From contig NC_086108.1 in the NCBI RefSeq assembly GCF_963921235.1, positions 60,700,001 through 60,764,000 of the forward strand: 64,000 bases of DNA, read 5' to 3'. The position numbers and the translations under genes are program-made. Origin of the DNA: Mobula hypostoma. Its lineage: Eukaryota. Every line of letters begins with the position of its first letter. The first letter of the stretch is position 1. Positions 1-13,168 of the stretch are shown here, piece after piece. The notes below the pieces were generated by a model, which did not search any database, had not been told where the DNA came from, and worked only from the letters and a program-made list of their open reading frames with translations.

Positions 1-364
1 CTGAAGTTCAGTTTTGACCAGAGGACGTGAGCAGCTATCTGTTAAAGCACTTTTGCTTTCTCTGTGTGGTGATGTGCTGGGGGACTTGTTCTGCCAACCC
101 CACAATATGTTGCTATTTCTGTTGTGGAATGACCAGTCCTTGGTGTGGTTGTGGAAGGTGGCTTCTTTCAATTGGTTCCTGCCTGGGAATGTGCAAGTAT
201 ATAAAACTGACTGCAACAAACATTTTAGACTAAGGTAGTCTACATTGAGAACAAAATGAATGACATAGAACAAGCATGGGACTCAGGATGTTGAGTCCTG
301 ATTTCAACACTGAACTTGCAAAAGTGAATGAATTGAATTGAATCACCTATTTCAACTTCCAAGA

Positions 365-745
365 GGACCACAACATTGTTGTGATTTGGAGGCTTGCATG
401 CTTCAATGACCCAGAGAGCCATGTTGGCTGGCTTTATGCTTTGGCTCTTAGTAGGGTCACCCATGCCAAACAGGTGAAAGGGTAGAAGACAGACTCGGAG
501 TCATCTACTATTCCTCCAGGTACAGGGATTCACTCAGGGCTAATAACCCCTGACTGGTAAAACAAATTGTTATCGAAACAGTAATGAAGAATCCTTCTAC
601 ATCTGAGTGCAGTGGTATTCCTGAGTCTCCACCCGGGAAATGCATGGCTGATAGTACTGAAAACCGAGAGGAAGCTCTGAACACTGCCAGAGATGGAGAA
701 GTCTTGTTGCTTCCCTAAACAATAGCAATTTAATGGGCAGTAACA
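365..745 (+). mobile_element. Probable RTE-type non-autonomous retroelement (5'UTR-derived)
   Basis: Motifs gggtcacccatgccaaacaggt and gggctaataacccctgactggtaaaa resemble RTE-clade 5' ends. No coding sequence; boundaries approximate. Confidence 0.35.
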
Positions 746-1824
746 CACTTATTTCAAACTGTAACTATATTGTTTTTCATTAGGATGATAAAAAGACCCT
801 ACCATTCTGCTACTACCCTTCCCTCTCCCAGCATTGTTTCTTAACGTAATCATAATTAAGTTGTTTACTGTATATTAACATTATGGCCTTGTTTGATACA
901 ACCTTCATCTGACCTGTACCAGTATTTTCTCATAATAAAGCACATGACCATTTGCTTTTATGTGCTTGAAACTTATTACCTCAGCACTCTTAAGGGAAGT
1001 TTAAATTAATGTTCTTAAGTGAAAACAAGACTACTTGAAAAGTTGTACTGTTGAGCAAAAAGTAAAAAGAAGGGAAAAAGAAGGGAAACCAAATGGGAAA
1101 TTGATAAGGACATGCTCCAGGATATTTATGAGTCAACAGCTGCACAGAAGAATAAAACAACTAGAGCAAAATATCCAATTTGCTCTTATACTAGTATTAA
1201 TGTGGACATTCAGGGAACATTTAAAGAGAAGACTGTGAAAAATATGAATAGCTGTTAAAAATTCCAGCTTTTCAGTGTATCAGTTTCACCAAACATTTCC
1301 ATAGTGAACCACAGTCCTCTGTCTAGAGAAAGTATTCCAACTGTTATTTTAACCCCAGGATGGTGTGAATCAAGTCTATTAATAATAGTTTATTGTATTG
1401 TTTCCCATCCTTCCTGGAGATGAACTGATCAGTAACCTTGAGAGAAGAAATTTAATTACAAATCAACTGGTTCTGTTTACATTCAATATCTGAATAGCTT
1501 GAATGTAGTTTACAATGAAATTCATTCTATTTCACTTCACACCTCAACTATACAGTAACAAATTCATCACCTATTCTCAAAGTCACAGCATTCACTTGAC
1601 TGGTTAGCATCAACTTTGCCCAACATGCACTAAACACAGTTTTGTCTTGACACTTCTGCTTAATTGGACAGAAAACTCAAATCTGATGTCATATCTAAGT
1701 TTACCTCTGGTGACCCAAGCTTAACCTCTGATAATAATCCTAAAGTTTGTGTTGAGGACTGGATCTGTTTGATCCTGTTGTGTATTTAACATTTCAATTA
1801 TATTTGAGTAATCCTTGTATGTAC

Positions 1825-1920
1825 GTTAGTCCTGACGAAGGGTCTCGGTCTGAAACGTCGACTGCACTGCTTCCTAGAGATGCTGCCTGGCCTGCTGCGT
1901 TCACCAGCAACTTTGATGTG
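1825..1920 (+). mobile_element. Short PLE 3' terminus consisting essentially of the hammerhead module
   Basis: gttagtcctgacgaagggtctcggtctgaaacgtcgactgc...cagcaactttgatgtg, near-identical to PLE termini elsewhere in the window; followed by an A-run. Confidence 0.85.
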
Positions 1921-2005
1921 CAAAAAAAAAACTATCATCTCAAAGCCGATGAGACACAAGAAACAGAATGTATATTGAGACCTAAACCAATTGAAAAAAG
2001 CTCAT

Positions 2006-2673
2006 AAACAACAGGAATTCTGCAGATGCTGGAAATTCAAGCAACACACATAAAAGTTGCTGGTGAACGCAGCAGGCCAGGCAGCATCTCTAGGAAGAGG
2101 TGCAGTCGATGTTTCAGGCCGAGACCCTTCGTCAGGACTAACTGAAGGAAGAGTGAGTAAGGGATTTGAAAGTTGGAGGGGGAGGGGGAGATCCAAAATG
2201 ATAGGGGAAGACAGGATGGGGAGGGATGGAACCGAGAGCTGGACAGGTGATAGGCAAAAGGGGATACGAGAGGATCATGGGACAGGAGGTCCGGGAAGAA
2301 AGACAAGGGGGGGGGTGACCCAGAGGATGGGCAAGAGGTATATTCAGAGGGACAGAGGGAGAAAAAGGAGAGTGAGAGAAAGAATGTGTGCATAAAAATG
2401 AGTAACAGATGGGGTACGAGGGGGAGGTGGGGCATTAGCGAAAGTTAGAGAAGTCGATGTTCATGCCATCAGGTTGGAGGCTACCCAGACGGAATATAAG
2501 GTGTTGGTCCTCCAACCTGAGTGTGACTTCATCTTTACAGTAGAGGAGGCGGTGGATAGACATGTCAGAATGGGAATGGGATGTGGAATTAAAATGTGTG
2601 GCCACTGGGAGATCCTGCTTTCTCTGGCGGACAGAGCGTAGATGTTCAGGGAGACCGCTTTGCTGAACGTCTA
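2006..2673 (-). mobile_element. 5'-truncated Penelope-like element (GIY-YIG C-terminus, 3'UTR, hammerhead)
   Basis: ORF 2435..2725 contains EHLRSVRQRKQDLPVATHF...LEDQHLIFRLGSLQPDGMN. Hammerhead at 2104-2139. A 25-bp inverted segment at 2649-2673. Confidence 0.9.
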
Positions 2674-2679
2674 CAAGGT

Positions 2680-2865
2680 AAACAAGGTGGAGGAGTGAAA
2701 ACCTGATTGGATGAGGACTAACCACTCAGGAGGGATGGACAACAGGGCGATAAATACCAGCAGCTTAGATGTACCCAGGCATCATCCCTGAAGAAGATGG
2801 CAGAGTTTGTCAACAAAACGTCAGTTATACTCGATACATGTACCTGGCTGGAAGCCCGAAAATTG
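2680..2865 (+). mobile_element. Terminus of a second PLE-type family with a degenerate hammerhead
   Basis: CTGAAGA (2788-2794), stem gatggcaga/tttgtcaac, then aaacgtc; preceded by tgattgg and ataaata motifs. Confidence 0.5.
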
Positions 2866-3439
2866 TCTGTTCAACCTAAATCAATTACTCTACAAAAACA
2901 ATGAGGCACAATTGTCCTTTACTTTACTTAGTCAATGCAATAGAATCAGCAACTTACTGTGAAGCTAGTGCTAAATATGTAGTTGATTGGCAGCATTCAT
3001 CAGTAAGAACACAGAATTATAACCTATTAGTACATTAAAGGCAGCCCACATTGCTCCAAGGACATCTTAAGGAAGGTGCACTGCGATTGGGAGTTATCTG
3101 TGAGGTGAATTAAACTTGAGAATGAAAGAGGAGCTTTAAGAAAATTATTGTCTTTACGTGATTTGACGTATGTGAGAGTTTAGGCGCAGCAAAGCACACA
3201 GTTCAAAAGCAGTTCGGGATGGACAGTAAATGCAGGCCTTTCCAGTGGTACGAACAATTATTAAATGAATTAAAAATATAAAATCCTGTAAAATGGGTAC
3301 ATGTGAAGCAGTTGGAATAAATAGCCACATAGAAAAGATGGCCACTTTTCCATCACCAGGGATAAAAGCTGTTGATTTAAAGGAAGAATTAAAAACAGAA
3401 AATGCTACCTGTGCAGCACCAGGTAGTTTCTTGTATAAC

Positions 3440-5135
3440 CTTTGCAGATCCCAATGAGTTCATCTCTTATTCTTCTCAATTCTAAAGTCTCAAGGTATAA
3501 CCTACATAATTCTTTCTCATACCACAGATCTATCATCACTCTGATGAATTTTCACTGCACTCTCTCTGTAGTAACTATATTAATTTTTTGAGGTAAGGAT
3601 ATTAAAACCGCAAATGATAATACAGGAATGTCCTTACCAAGACTTGACATACTGTACATGCGGTAACGCATTCTTGCTCTTTCACTTAAACCCTCTTCCG
3701 CATTGCCTGTTGCACATGTATATTAGCTTTTAAGAACAATATAGTCTTGTTTTGATACCAACATTGCCAAACCTCAGTTTAAAAAACACACAGCTATTCT
3801 ATTTTTTTCCATATGGAGTCATTGAGTAATACAGTATAGAAAGAGGATCTTCGTTCAAACTGGTCCATGCATCCTCCCTGCTAATCCCAGTTGCCTACTT
3901 TGTGCCCATATCCATCCCACCAAGCCCTTCCCCTCCGTGTACCTATCCAAGTGCCTTTTAAATGTTGCGATTGCAGCAGCCTTGACCACCCCCTCAGGCA
4001 GCTCATCCCAGATATTCATTACCTTCTGTGTTAAGAATTTACCTCTCAGGTCTCTTAAATCTCAAATTGCATCTATGCCCTTTAGTTCTCGATTCCCACA
4101 CCCCAGAGAAAAGACTACGAAACTCAACTTAATCCATACCCAACATGATTTTATAAACTTCCATGAGGTCACCTCTCATTCTCCTACATTCCAAGGAATA
4201 AAGATCCAGTGTGGCCAATCTTTCCTTATAACTCAGGTCCTCTTGTCCAGGCAGCATCCTCATACATCTCTTCTGCACCCTCTCCAACTTGACAATGTCC
4301 TTCCTATAACAGGATGACCAGAACTTACACAATACTCCAAGTGCAGCCTCACCAACCTGCAACATAATGTGCTTAATATCATACTCAACTTGCAAGTTAA
4401 CATCCTGCACAAGGACTCCCAAGTCACTTTGCACTTCTGATTTCTGAATTTTCTCCATTTATAAAATTGTCTACACCTTTATTCCGTCCACCAAAGTACA
4501 TGACCACACACTTCCCTACATTGTATTCCATCTGCCACCTCTTTGTCCATTCTCCAAATCGGTGCAAGTCCTTCTGCAAACACCCTGCTTTCTCAACATA
4601 ACATGTCCACTAACCTAGCTCTGCCAAAGAGCCATCAATTCAATTAATCAGATCATTGACATATAACATGAAAAAGAATGGTCCCGACACCAACCCCTGC
4701 AGAACACCAATAGCTACCGGCAGCCAACCAGAATAGGCCCACTTTATTCCCACTCTTTGCCTCCAGCCAGTCAGCCAATCTTCTATCCATGCTAGTATCT
4801 TTCTTGTAATACCATGTGCTCATTAAGCAGTCTCATGTGCAGCACTGTGTCAAAGGCCTTCTGAAAATCCAAGTAAACAACATCCACTGAGTCTCCTTTG
4901 TCTATCCTGCTTGTTATTTCCTCAAAGAATTCTAGATGATTTGTTGGGCAAGATTTCCCTTTAAGGAAACCATGCTGACTTTGACCTATTTTATCATGTG
5001 CCTCCAAGTATCTCAAAACCTCATCCTTATTAATGGACTCCAACATCTTTCCAACCACTGAAGTCAGGCTAACTGGCCTATAATTTCCTATCTTTTTCCT
5101 CCCTCCCTTCTTAAAGACTAAAGTGACATTTGATG
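3440..5135 (-). mobile_element. Degenerate CR1 LINE fragments (probably more than one copy)
   Basis: Minus-strand ORFs 4129..4458 and 4792..5058 carry CR1 RT motifs (QHGFLKGKSC, DVVYLDFQKAFD, RRMRGDL). Confidence 0.85.
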
Positions 5136-6504
5136 TTTTAAGCTTTCTGCTGGTGATAAACCTCTAAAATGCAATGGCATTTTATAAGTGGTTATTGCCA
5201 GCTCTATTTAGCAGAAGGGGGAATTTTAAATGGATGTAATTATCGAGGGTGATGGCAATAGCTAAGAGTTGGGGTAAAGAAGACCAACAAGCTATAAAGA
5301 GTAAAGGAACAGAAGAAAAAAATAAGAATCAATAACTGTGTTAATGTGGTGCTTAGTTTGGGCTCTATAGACATTTATAAATATAATTATGAGTAAGTAA
5401 GATCAAGTATCAAGAAAGAGATCTTGTAACTTTACGACGTCTTGGAACATTCTTGCAGAACTCAAGAGTATGAAAATAATTGTGGTACAAGCCAAGAAAA
5501 ATCTCTCATCTGCTAAGAATGACCACCACAATAGTGTGACAGGAACTGTGTAAGCAAAGTGTAAACATTGCTGGATAACTACCTCTCATTAAATTACACC
5601 TTGTTTACTTGAAGATTTAGTTTAAAAATTGAAGAAAATGGTTATCATAAAAGTGACCATGAAGTAACTGTATTGCAAAAGTTCAAATGTTACATTAATG
5701 CATTTTAAAGCCTGGAATCAAAGTTCCTTACACTATGTGAGACTCCAATTCCCACACTGAATGAATTCTGAATCTGAAGTAATCCTACAAGTTGCTTGGT
5801 TGCATAACGGTAACCATGGATGCAAAATATGTGCCAGCCTTTCCTGCATTGTCCAACTGCTGAATGAAAACCAGACATGAATATGTGTTCCTAAAGATCT
5901 TTTGGACAAGGTCCAGAAAGATCTCAAGCTGATGGTTCACACTGTAAGAAGAAACAAACTAGATATAGTGGACATAATAGTAAATCTGAAAGACTGCATA
6001 GCTGTCACACACTCCTTAGTAACTGTACACGAGTTAGCGAAGGGATACCTATATGAACAGACTGCCTCTTTTGCATTTGAATATGAGGCCAGAGAACTTG
6101 AAAGATGAAAAACATTCTCGATAAAAAAAAACTACAAAAGGATATTTAAAGAAAATATAACACTTAAAATGAAAGTTAAATGAAAAATACAACATAAATA
6201 AAAGATTTTAAGGAACACTGCATCCATGATTTTAAAAAAATTGTTGAGACATTTTTCACATGGAAATGAAAGTGAACCAGAGTGAAGACCATCAGAATAA
6301 TGCAATTCACTCCAAGAATCCTCTGTTTAAACGTGTAAGGTAACACACACAATTTTTAAATATACCAAGGTCCCACATAGGAGGTTGGTCAAGAAGGTTC
6401 AGTTGCTCGGCATTCAAGATGAGACAGAAAATTGGATTAGATATTGGCTTTGTGGGAGAAGTCAGAGAGTGGTAGTAGATGGTTGCTTCTCTGACTGGAA
6501 GCCC

Positions 6505-9500
6505 AGATGTAATAGTGGCCGGAGGACCTAGGGTAACAGAGGAACTGAAGGAGATTCACATTAGGCAGAAGATGGTGTTGGATAGACTGATGGGACTGAA
6601 AGCTGATAAATCCCCAGGGCCTGATGGTCTGCACCCCAGGGTACTTAAGGAGGTGGCTCTAGAAATCGCAAACGCATTGGTAATTATTTTCCAATGCTCT
6701 GTGGATTCAGGATCAGTTCCTGAGGACTGGAGGGTAGCTAATGTTATCTCACTTTTTAGGAAAGAAGGAAGAGAGAAAACAGGCAGTTATGGACCAGTAA
6801 GCCTGACATCAGTGGTGGGGAAGATGCTGGAGTCAATTATAAAGGATGAAAAAGCTGCACATTTGCATAGCAGTAACAGGATCGGTCTGAGTCAGCATGG
6901 ATTTACGAAGGGGAAATCATGCTTGACTAATCTTCTGGAATTTTTTAAGGATGTAACTATGAAAATGGACAAGGCAGAGCCAGTGGATGTAGTGTACCTG
7001 GACTTTCAGAAAGCCTTTGATAAGGTCCCACATAGGAGATTAGTGGGCAAAATTAGAGCACATGGTATTGGGGATAGGGTACTGACATTGATCGTAAATT
7101 GGTTGGCAGACATGAAACAAAGATGTACGGGATGTCTCGGATTGGGTCCTGAATATTCTAAAGGGGGAGGATGAGCAGCCAGTTGTCTTGGTACATGTTG
7201 GTACCAATGACATAGATAGGACAAAGGAGGAGGTCCTGAAGAGCGATTTCCAGGAGTTAGGAAGGAAGCTGAGAAGCAGGACCTCCAGGGTAGTAATCTC
7301 GGGATTGCTATCTGTGCCACATGCTAGCGAGGGCAAGAGTAGTCGGATCAGGCAGATGAATGCTTGGCTGAGAGACTGGTGTAGGGGGCAGGGCTTCAGA
7401 TTCTTGGATAATTGGGATCTCTTCTGGGGGAAGTATGACCTGTTCAAAAAGGACAGGTTACACCTGAACCCGAAGGGGACCAATATCCTGGCGGGAAAGT
7501 TTAATAGAGCTGTTAGGGAGGGTTTAAACTAATTTGGCAGGGGGATGGGAACCGGAATGATAGAGCAGAGGAAGGGGAAAACAGAAATAAATCTAAGATA
7601 GTGAGCAGTAACGATGTCAGGAAAGACAGGCAGGTGATGGAGCAAATGTGTAGCCATTGGGATGAGTTGCAGTGCAATAAAGTTGCAGTGAAATCAAAGC
7701 AAAAAGTATCAAATACCGGTCTTAAGGTGTTATACTTAAATGTACGCAGCATAAGAAATAAGGTGGATGATCTTGTTGTACAGCTACAGATTGGTAGGTA
7801 TGATATTGTGGCCATCACTAAGACCTGGCTAAAGGATGCATGTCTCTGGGAGCTGAACGTCCAAGGATACATGGTGTATCGGAAGGATAGGAAGGTAGGT
7901 AGAGGGGGAGGCGTGGCTTTATTGGTAAGAAATGATATTAAATCATTAGAAAGAGGTGATATAGGATCGGAAGGTGCAGAATCTTTATGGGTTGAGCTAA
8001 GGAATAGCAGGGGTAAAAGGACCCTGATGGCAGTTATTTATAGGCCTCCAAACAGCTGCAGGGATGTGGACTACAAATTACAACTGGAAATAGAAAAGGC
8101 TTGTCAGAAGGGCAGTGTTATGATAATTGTGGGGGATTTTAACATGCGAGTAGATTGGAAAAATCAGGTCGGCACTGGATCTCAAGAGAGAGAATTTGTA
8201 GAATGTCTGCGAGATGGCTTTTTAGAACAGCTTGTTGTTGAGCCCACTAGGGGATCGGCTGTACTGGATTGGGTATTGTGTAATGAACCGGAGGTGATTG
8301 GAGAGATTGAGGTGAAGGAACCCTTAGGAGGCAGTGATCATAACATGATTGAGTTCACTGTGAAATTAGAAAAAGAGAAGCCGAAATCTGATGTGTCGGT
8401 GTTTCAGTGGAGTAAAGGAAACTACAGTGGCATGAGAGAGGAACTGGCCAAAGTTGACTGGAAGGAGACACTGGCGGGAAAGATGGCAGAGCAGCAGTGG
8501 CTGGAGTTTATGCGAGAAATGAGGAATGTGCAAGACAGGTATATTCCAAAAAAGAAGAAATTTTTGAGTGGAAAAAGGATGCAACCGTGGTTGACGAGAG
8601 AAGTCAAAGCCAAAGTTAAAGCTAAGGAGAGGGCATACAAGGAAGCAAAAATTAGTGGGAAGACAGAGGATTGGGAAGTTTTTAAAACCTCACAGAAGGA
8701 AACCAAGAAGGTCATTAAGAGAGAAAAGATTAACTATGAAAGGAAACTAGCAAATAATATCAAAGAGGATACTAAAAGTTTTTTCAAGTATATAAAGAGT
8801 AAAAGACAGGTGAGAGTAGATATAGGACCGATAGAAAAATGATACTGGAGAAATTGTAATGGGAGATGAGGAGATGGCAGAGGAAGTGAACAAGTATTTT
8901 GCATCAGTCTTCACTGAGGAAGACAGCAGGATACCGGACACTCAAGGGTGGCAGGGAAGAGAAGTGTGTGCAGTCACAATTACGACAGAGAAAGTACTCA
9001 GGAAGCTGAATAGGCTAAAGGTCGATAAATCTCCTGGACCAGATGGAATGCACCCTCGTGTTCTGAAGGAAGTAGCTGTGGAGATTGCGGAGGCATTAGC
9101 GATGATCTTTCAAAAGTCGATAGATTCTGGCATGGTTCCGGAAGACTGGAAGATTGCAAATGTCACTTCGCTCTTTAAGAAGGGGGCAAGGAAGCAAAAA
9201 GGAAATTATAGACCTGTTAGCTTGACGTCGGTGTTTGGGAAGTTGTTGGAGTCGATTGTCAAGGATGAGGTTACAGAGTACCTGGAGGCATATGACAAGA
9301 TAGGCAGAACTCAGCATGGATTCCTTAAAGGAAAATCCTGCCTGACAAACCTATTACAATTTTTTGAGGAAATTACTAGTAGGCTAGACAAGGGAGATGC
9401 AGTGGATGTTGTATATTTGGATTTTCAGAAGGCCTTTGACAAGGTGCCACACATGAGGCTGCTTAACAAGATAAGAGCCCATGGAATTACGGGAAAGTTA

Positions 9501-11680
9501 CATACGTGGATAGAGCTTTGGCTGATTGGCAGGAAACAGCGAGTGGGAATAAAGGGATCCTATTCTGGTTGGCTGCCGGTTACCAGTGGTGTTCCGCAGG
9601 GATCAGTGTTGGGGCCGCTTCTTTTTACATTGTACATCAACGATTTGGATTATGGAATAGATGGCTTTGTGGCTAAGTTTGCTGACAATACGAAGGTAGG
9701 TGGAGGGGCCGGTAGTGCTGAGGAAACGGAGAGTCTGCAGAGAGACTTGGATAGATTGGAAGAATGGGCAGAGAAGTGGCAAATGAAGTACAATGTTGGA
9801 AAGTGTATGGTTATGCACTTTGGCAGAAAAAATAAACGGGCAGAATATTATTTAAATAGGGAAAGAATTCAAAGTTCTGAGATGCAACGGGTCTTGGGAG
9901 TCCTCATACAGGATTCCCTTAAAGTTAACCTCCAGGTTGAGTCGGTAGTGAAGAAGGCGAATGCAATGTTGGCATTCATTTCTAGAGGAATAGAGTATAG
10001 GAGCAGGGATGTGATGTTGAGGCTCTATAAGGCGCTGGTGAGACCTCACTTGGAGTACTGTGGGCAGTTTTGGTCTCCTTATTTAAGAAAGGATGTGCTG
10101 ACGTTGGAGAGGGTACGGAGAAGATTCACTAGAATGATTCCGGGAATGAGAGGGTTAACATATGAGGAACGTTTGTCCGCTCTTGGACTGTATTCCTTGG
10201 AGTTTAGAAGAATGAGGGGAGACCTCATAGAAACATTTCGAATGTTAAAAGGCATGGACAGAGTGGATGTGGCAAAGTTGTTTCCCATGATGGGGGAGTC
10301 TAGCACGACAGGGCATGACTTCAGGATTGAAGGGCGCCCTTTCAGAACAGAAATGCGAAAAAAAAATTTCAGTCAGAGGGTGGTGAATCTATGGAATTTG
10401 TTGCCACGGGCAGCAGTGGAGGCCAAGTCATTGGGTGTATTTAAGGCAGAGATTGATAGGTATCTGAGTAGCCAGGGCATCAAAGGTTATGGTGAGAAGG
10501 CAGGGCAGTGGGACTAAATAGGATAAAATGGATCAGCTCATGATAAAATGGCGGAGCAGACTCGATGGGCTGAATGGCCTACTTCTGCTCCTTTGTCTTA
10601 TGGTCTTATGGTCTAAAGAGTAGGGATTAATGGGTCCCTTTCAGAATGACAGGCAGTGACTAGTGGGGTACCGCAAGGCTCGGTGCTGGGACCGCAGCTA
10701 TTTACAATATACATTAATGATTTAGATGACGGGATTAAAAGTAATATTAGCAAATTTGCAGATGACACAAAGCTGAGTGGCAGTGTGAAATGTGCGGAGG
10801 ATGTTGAGATAACGCAGGATGACTTGGACAGGTTGGGTGAGTGGGCAGATGCATGGCAGATGCAGTTTAATGTGGATAAATGTGAGGTTACCCACTTTGG
10901 TGGCAAGAACAGGAAGGCATATTACTATTTGAATGGTGTCAAGTTAGGAAAAGGGGAAGTACAATGAGATCTAGGTGCCCTTGTTCATCAGTCAGTGAAA
11001 GTAAGCATGCAGGTACAGCAGGCAGTGAAGAAAGCTAATGGCATGTTGGCCTTCATAACAAGGGGAGTTGAGTATAGGAGCAAAGAGGTCCTTCTGCAGT
11101 TGTACAGGGCCCTGGTGCGACCACACCTGGCGTATTGTGTACAGTTTTGGTCTCTAAATTTGAGTAAGGACATTCTTGCTATTGAGGGAGTGCAGCAGAG
11201 GTTCACGAGGTTAATTCCCGCAATGGCAGAACTGTCATATGTTGAAAGATTGGAGCAACTGGGCTTGTATGCACTGGAATTTAGAAGGATGAGAGGGGAT
11301 CTGATTGAAACATATAAGATTATTAAGGGATTGGACACGCTAGAGGCAGGAAACATGTTCCCGATGTTGGAGGAGTCCAGAACTGGAGGCCACAGTTTAA
11401 GAATAAGGGGTAGGCCATTTAGAATGGAGTTGAGGAAAAACTTTTTTACCCAGAGAGTTGCAGATCTGTGGAATGCTCTGCCTCAGAAGGCAGTGGAGGC
11501 CTATTCTCTGGATGCTTTCAAGAAAGTGTTAGATAGAGCTCTTAATGATAGCGGAGTCAAGGGATATGGGGAGAAGGCAGGAACAGGGTACTGATTGTGG
11601 ATGATCAGCCATGATCACAGTGAATGGCGGTGCTGGTTCGAAGTGCCGAATGGTCTACTCCTGCACCTATTGTCTACTGT
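6505..11680 (+). mobile_element. Middle CR1 ORF2 copy (6505-7123 joined to 10620-11680), split by a near full-length CR1
   Basis: ORF 6479..7174 breaks at WLADMKQR and resumes as RVGING...TSGVPQGSVLGP (ORFs 10656.. and 10995..). aaaga is duplicated at 7119-7123 and 10615-10619. Confidence 0.9.
7124..10614 (+). mobile_element. Near full-length young CR1 LINE: partial ORF1 esterase, ORF2 (APE endonuclease + RT), (TATGGTCT)n tail
   Basis: ORF1 remnant VHVGTND...DRLHLN (SGNH esterase-like). ORF2 is 7601..8842 (YLNVRS, GDFN, SDHN) plus 8859..10517 (RT), separated by one frameshift in an A-run near 8835. RT motif reads FADN. Confidence 0.96.
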
Positions 11681-13075
11681 CTATCTAGTGGAATGCCGCA
11701 GGAATCGGTGCTGGGTCTGTTGTTTGTCACCTGTATCAATGATCTGGATGATAATGTAGTTAACTGGATCAGAAAATTTGCAGATGACACCAAGGTGAGG
11801 GTGTAGTGTACAGCAAAGGCTATCAGAGCTTGGAGCGATATGGACCAGCTGGAAAAATGGTCTGAAAAATAGCAAAAGGAATTTAGTGCAGACAGTGCAA
11901 GGTGTTGCACTTCGGTAGGACCAACTAGGGTAGGTCTTACATTGTGGATGGTAGGGCTCTGAAGAGTGCTGTAGAATAGAGGGATCTGGGAATTTAGTCT
12001 CATAATTCATTGAAAGTGGCATCACACATAGGTAGGGTCACAAAGGAAGCTTTTGGCACATTGGGCTTCATAAATCAAAGTATTGAGTACAGGATGTTAC
12101 GTTGAAGTTGTATAAGATATTGGTGAAGCCTTATTTGGGGTATTGCATGCAGCTTTGATCACCTACCTACAGGGAAGATGTAAATAAGCCTGAAATAGAG
12201 TACAGAGAAAATTTACAAGGATGTTGCCAGGACTGGAGGGCCTGAGTTACAAGGAAAAATTGAGTAAGTTAGGACTTCATTCCTTGGAATGTAGAAGATT
12301 GAAAGGAGATTTGATAGAGTTATACAAAACTATTAGGTGTATAGATAAGTTAAATACAAGGAAGCTTTTTCCACTGTGGTTGGGTGGGACTACAACTAGA
12401 GGTCATGAAAGGTGAAAAGTTTGAAGGAAACGTGAGGGGAAACTTCTTCATTCAGAGGGTCGTGAGAGTGTAGAATGAGTTGCCAGCACAAGTGGTGCAT
12501 CTGAGCTTGATTTCAAAGATTAAGAGAAGTTTGGATAGGTACATGGATGGTAGGGTATGGAGAGCAATGGACCTGGTGGTGCAGGTCGATGGGAGTACCC
12601 AGTTTAAGTGGGTCGGCAAAAGTGAATGGGTAGTTGGATGAGTGGGAAGCTTTTAAAATCCAACAAAAGGCAACTAAAAAGGCCATAAGAAGGGAAAAGA
12701 TGAAATATGAGGACAGGCTAGCCAATAATACCAAAGTAGAATACCAGAAGTTTTTCAGTTATATAAAGAGTAAAAGGAAAGTGAGAGTTGACATTGGACC
12801 ACTGGAAAATGTTGCTGCTGAGGTCGTAATGGAGGACAAAGGAATGGCAGAAAACTTAATGAGTGCTTTGCATCATTCTTCACTGTGGAAGTTCTCCGCT
12901 AGTGTCAGGAATGAGGAGTGAGTGCCATTGCCACTACAGAGGAAGAAGTGCTACGCAAACTCAAAGGTCATAACTTGGGCCAGATGGAGTACATCCCAGA
13001 GTCCTGAGAGAGGTTGCTGAAGACAGAGTGTATGCATTGGTCATGATCTTTCAAGAATCACTTGATTCTGACATG

Positions 13076-13168
13076 TCCTGACGAAGGGTCTCGGCCTGAA
13101 ACGTCGACTGCGCCTCTTCCTAGAGATGCTGCCTGGCCTGCTGCGTTCACCAGCAACTTTGATGTGTG
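13076..13168 (+). mobile_element. 93-bp hammerhead-containing PLE-derived insertion with 14-bp TSD
   Basis: ttgattctgacatg is repeated at 13062-13075 and 13169-13182. The insert interrupts the CR1 DSxMVxEDW codons. Confidence 0.92.

Larger units (their letters stand above)
6355..12620 (+). mobile_element. Outer, older CR1 (about 6355-6503 joined to 11676-12620), split by a younger CR1
   Basis: The coding remnant runs ...RVVVDGCFSDWKP at 6470-6503 and resumes at (V)SSGMPQESVLG near 11680. Confidence 0.75.

Noticed and set aside
1600..1626. Plus-strand LVSINFA resembling a podocan LRR segment
   Set aside because: Wrong strand, an upstream in-frame stop and no splice context; coincidental.
2037..2435. 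Recurrent ORFs such as MLVNAAGQAAS..., MPHLPLVP... and MHTFFLSL... (also near 13.9, 43.2, 45.1, 48.1 and 50.1 kb) as a novel gene family
   Set aside because: They are incidental frames across the low-complexity PLE 3'UTR and recur only because the element is repeated.
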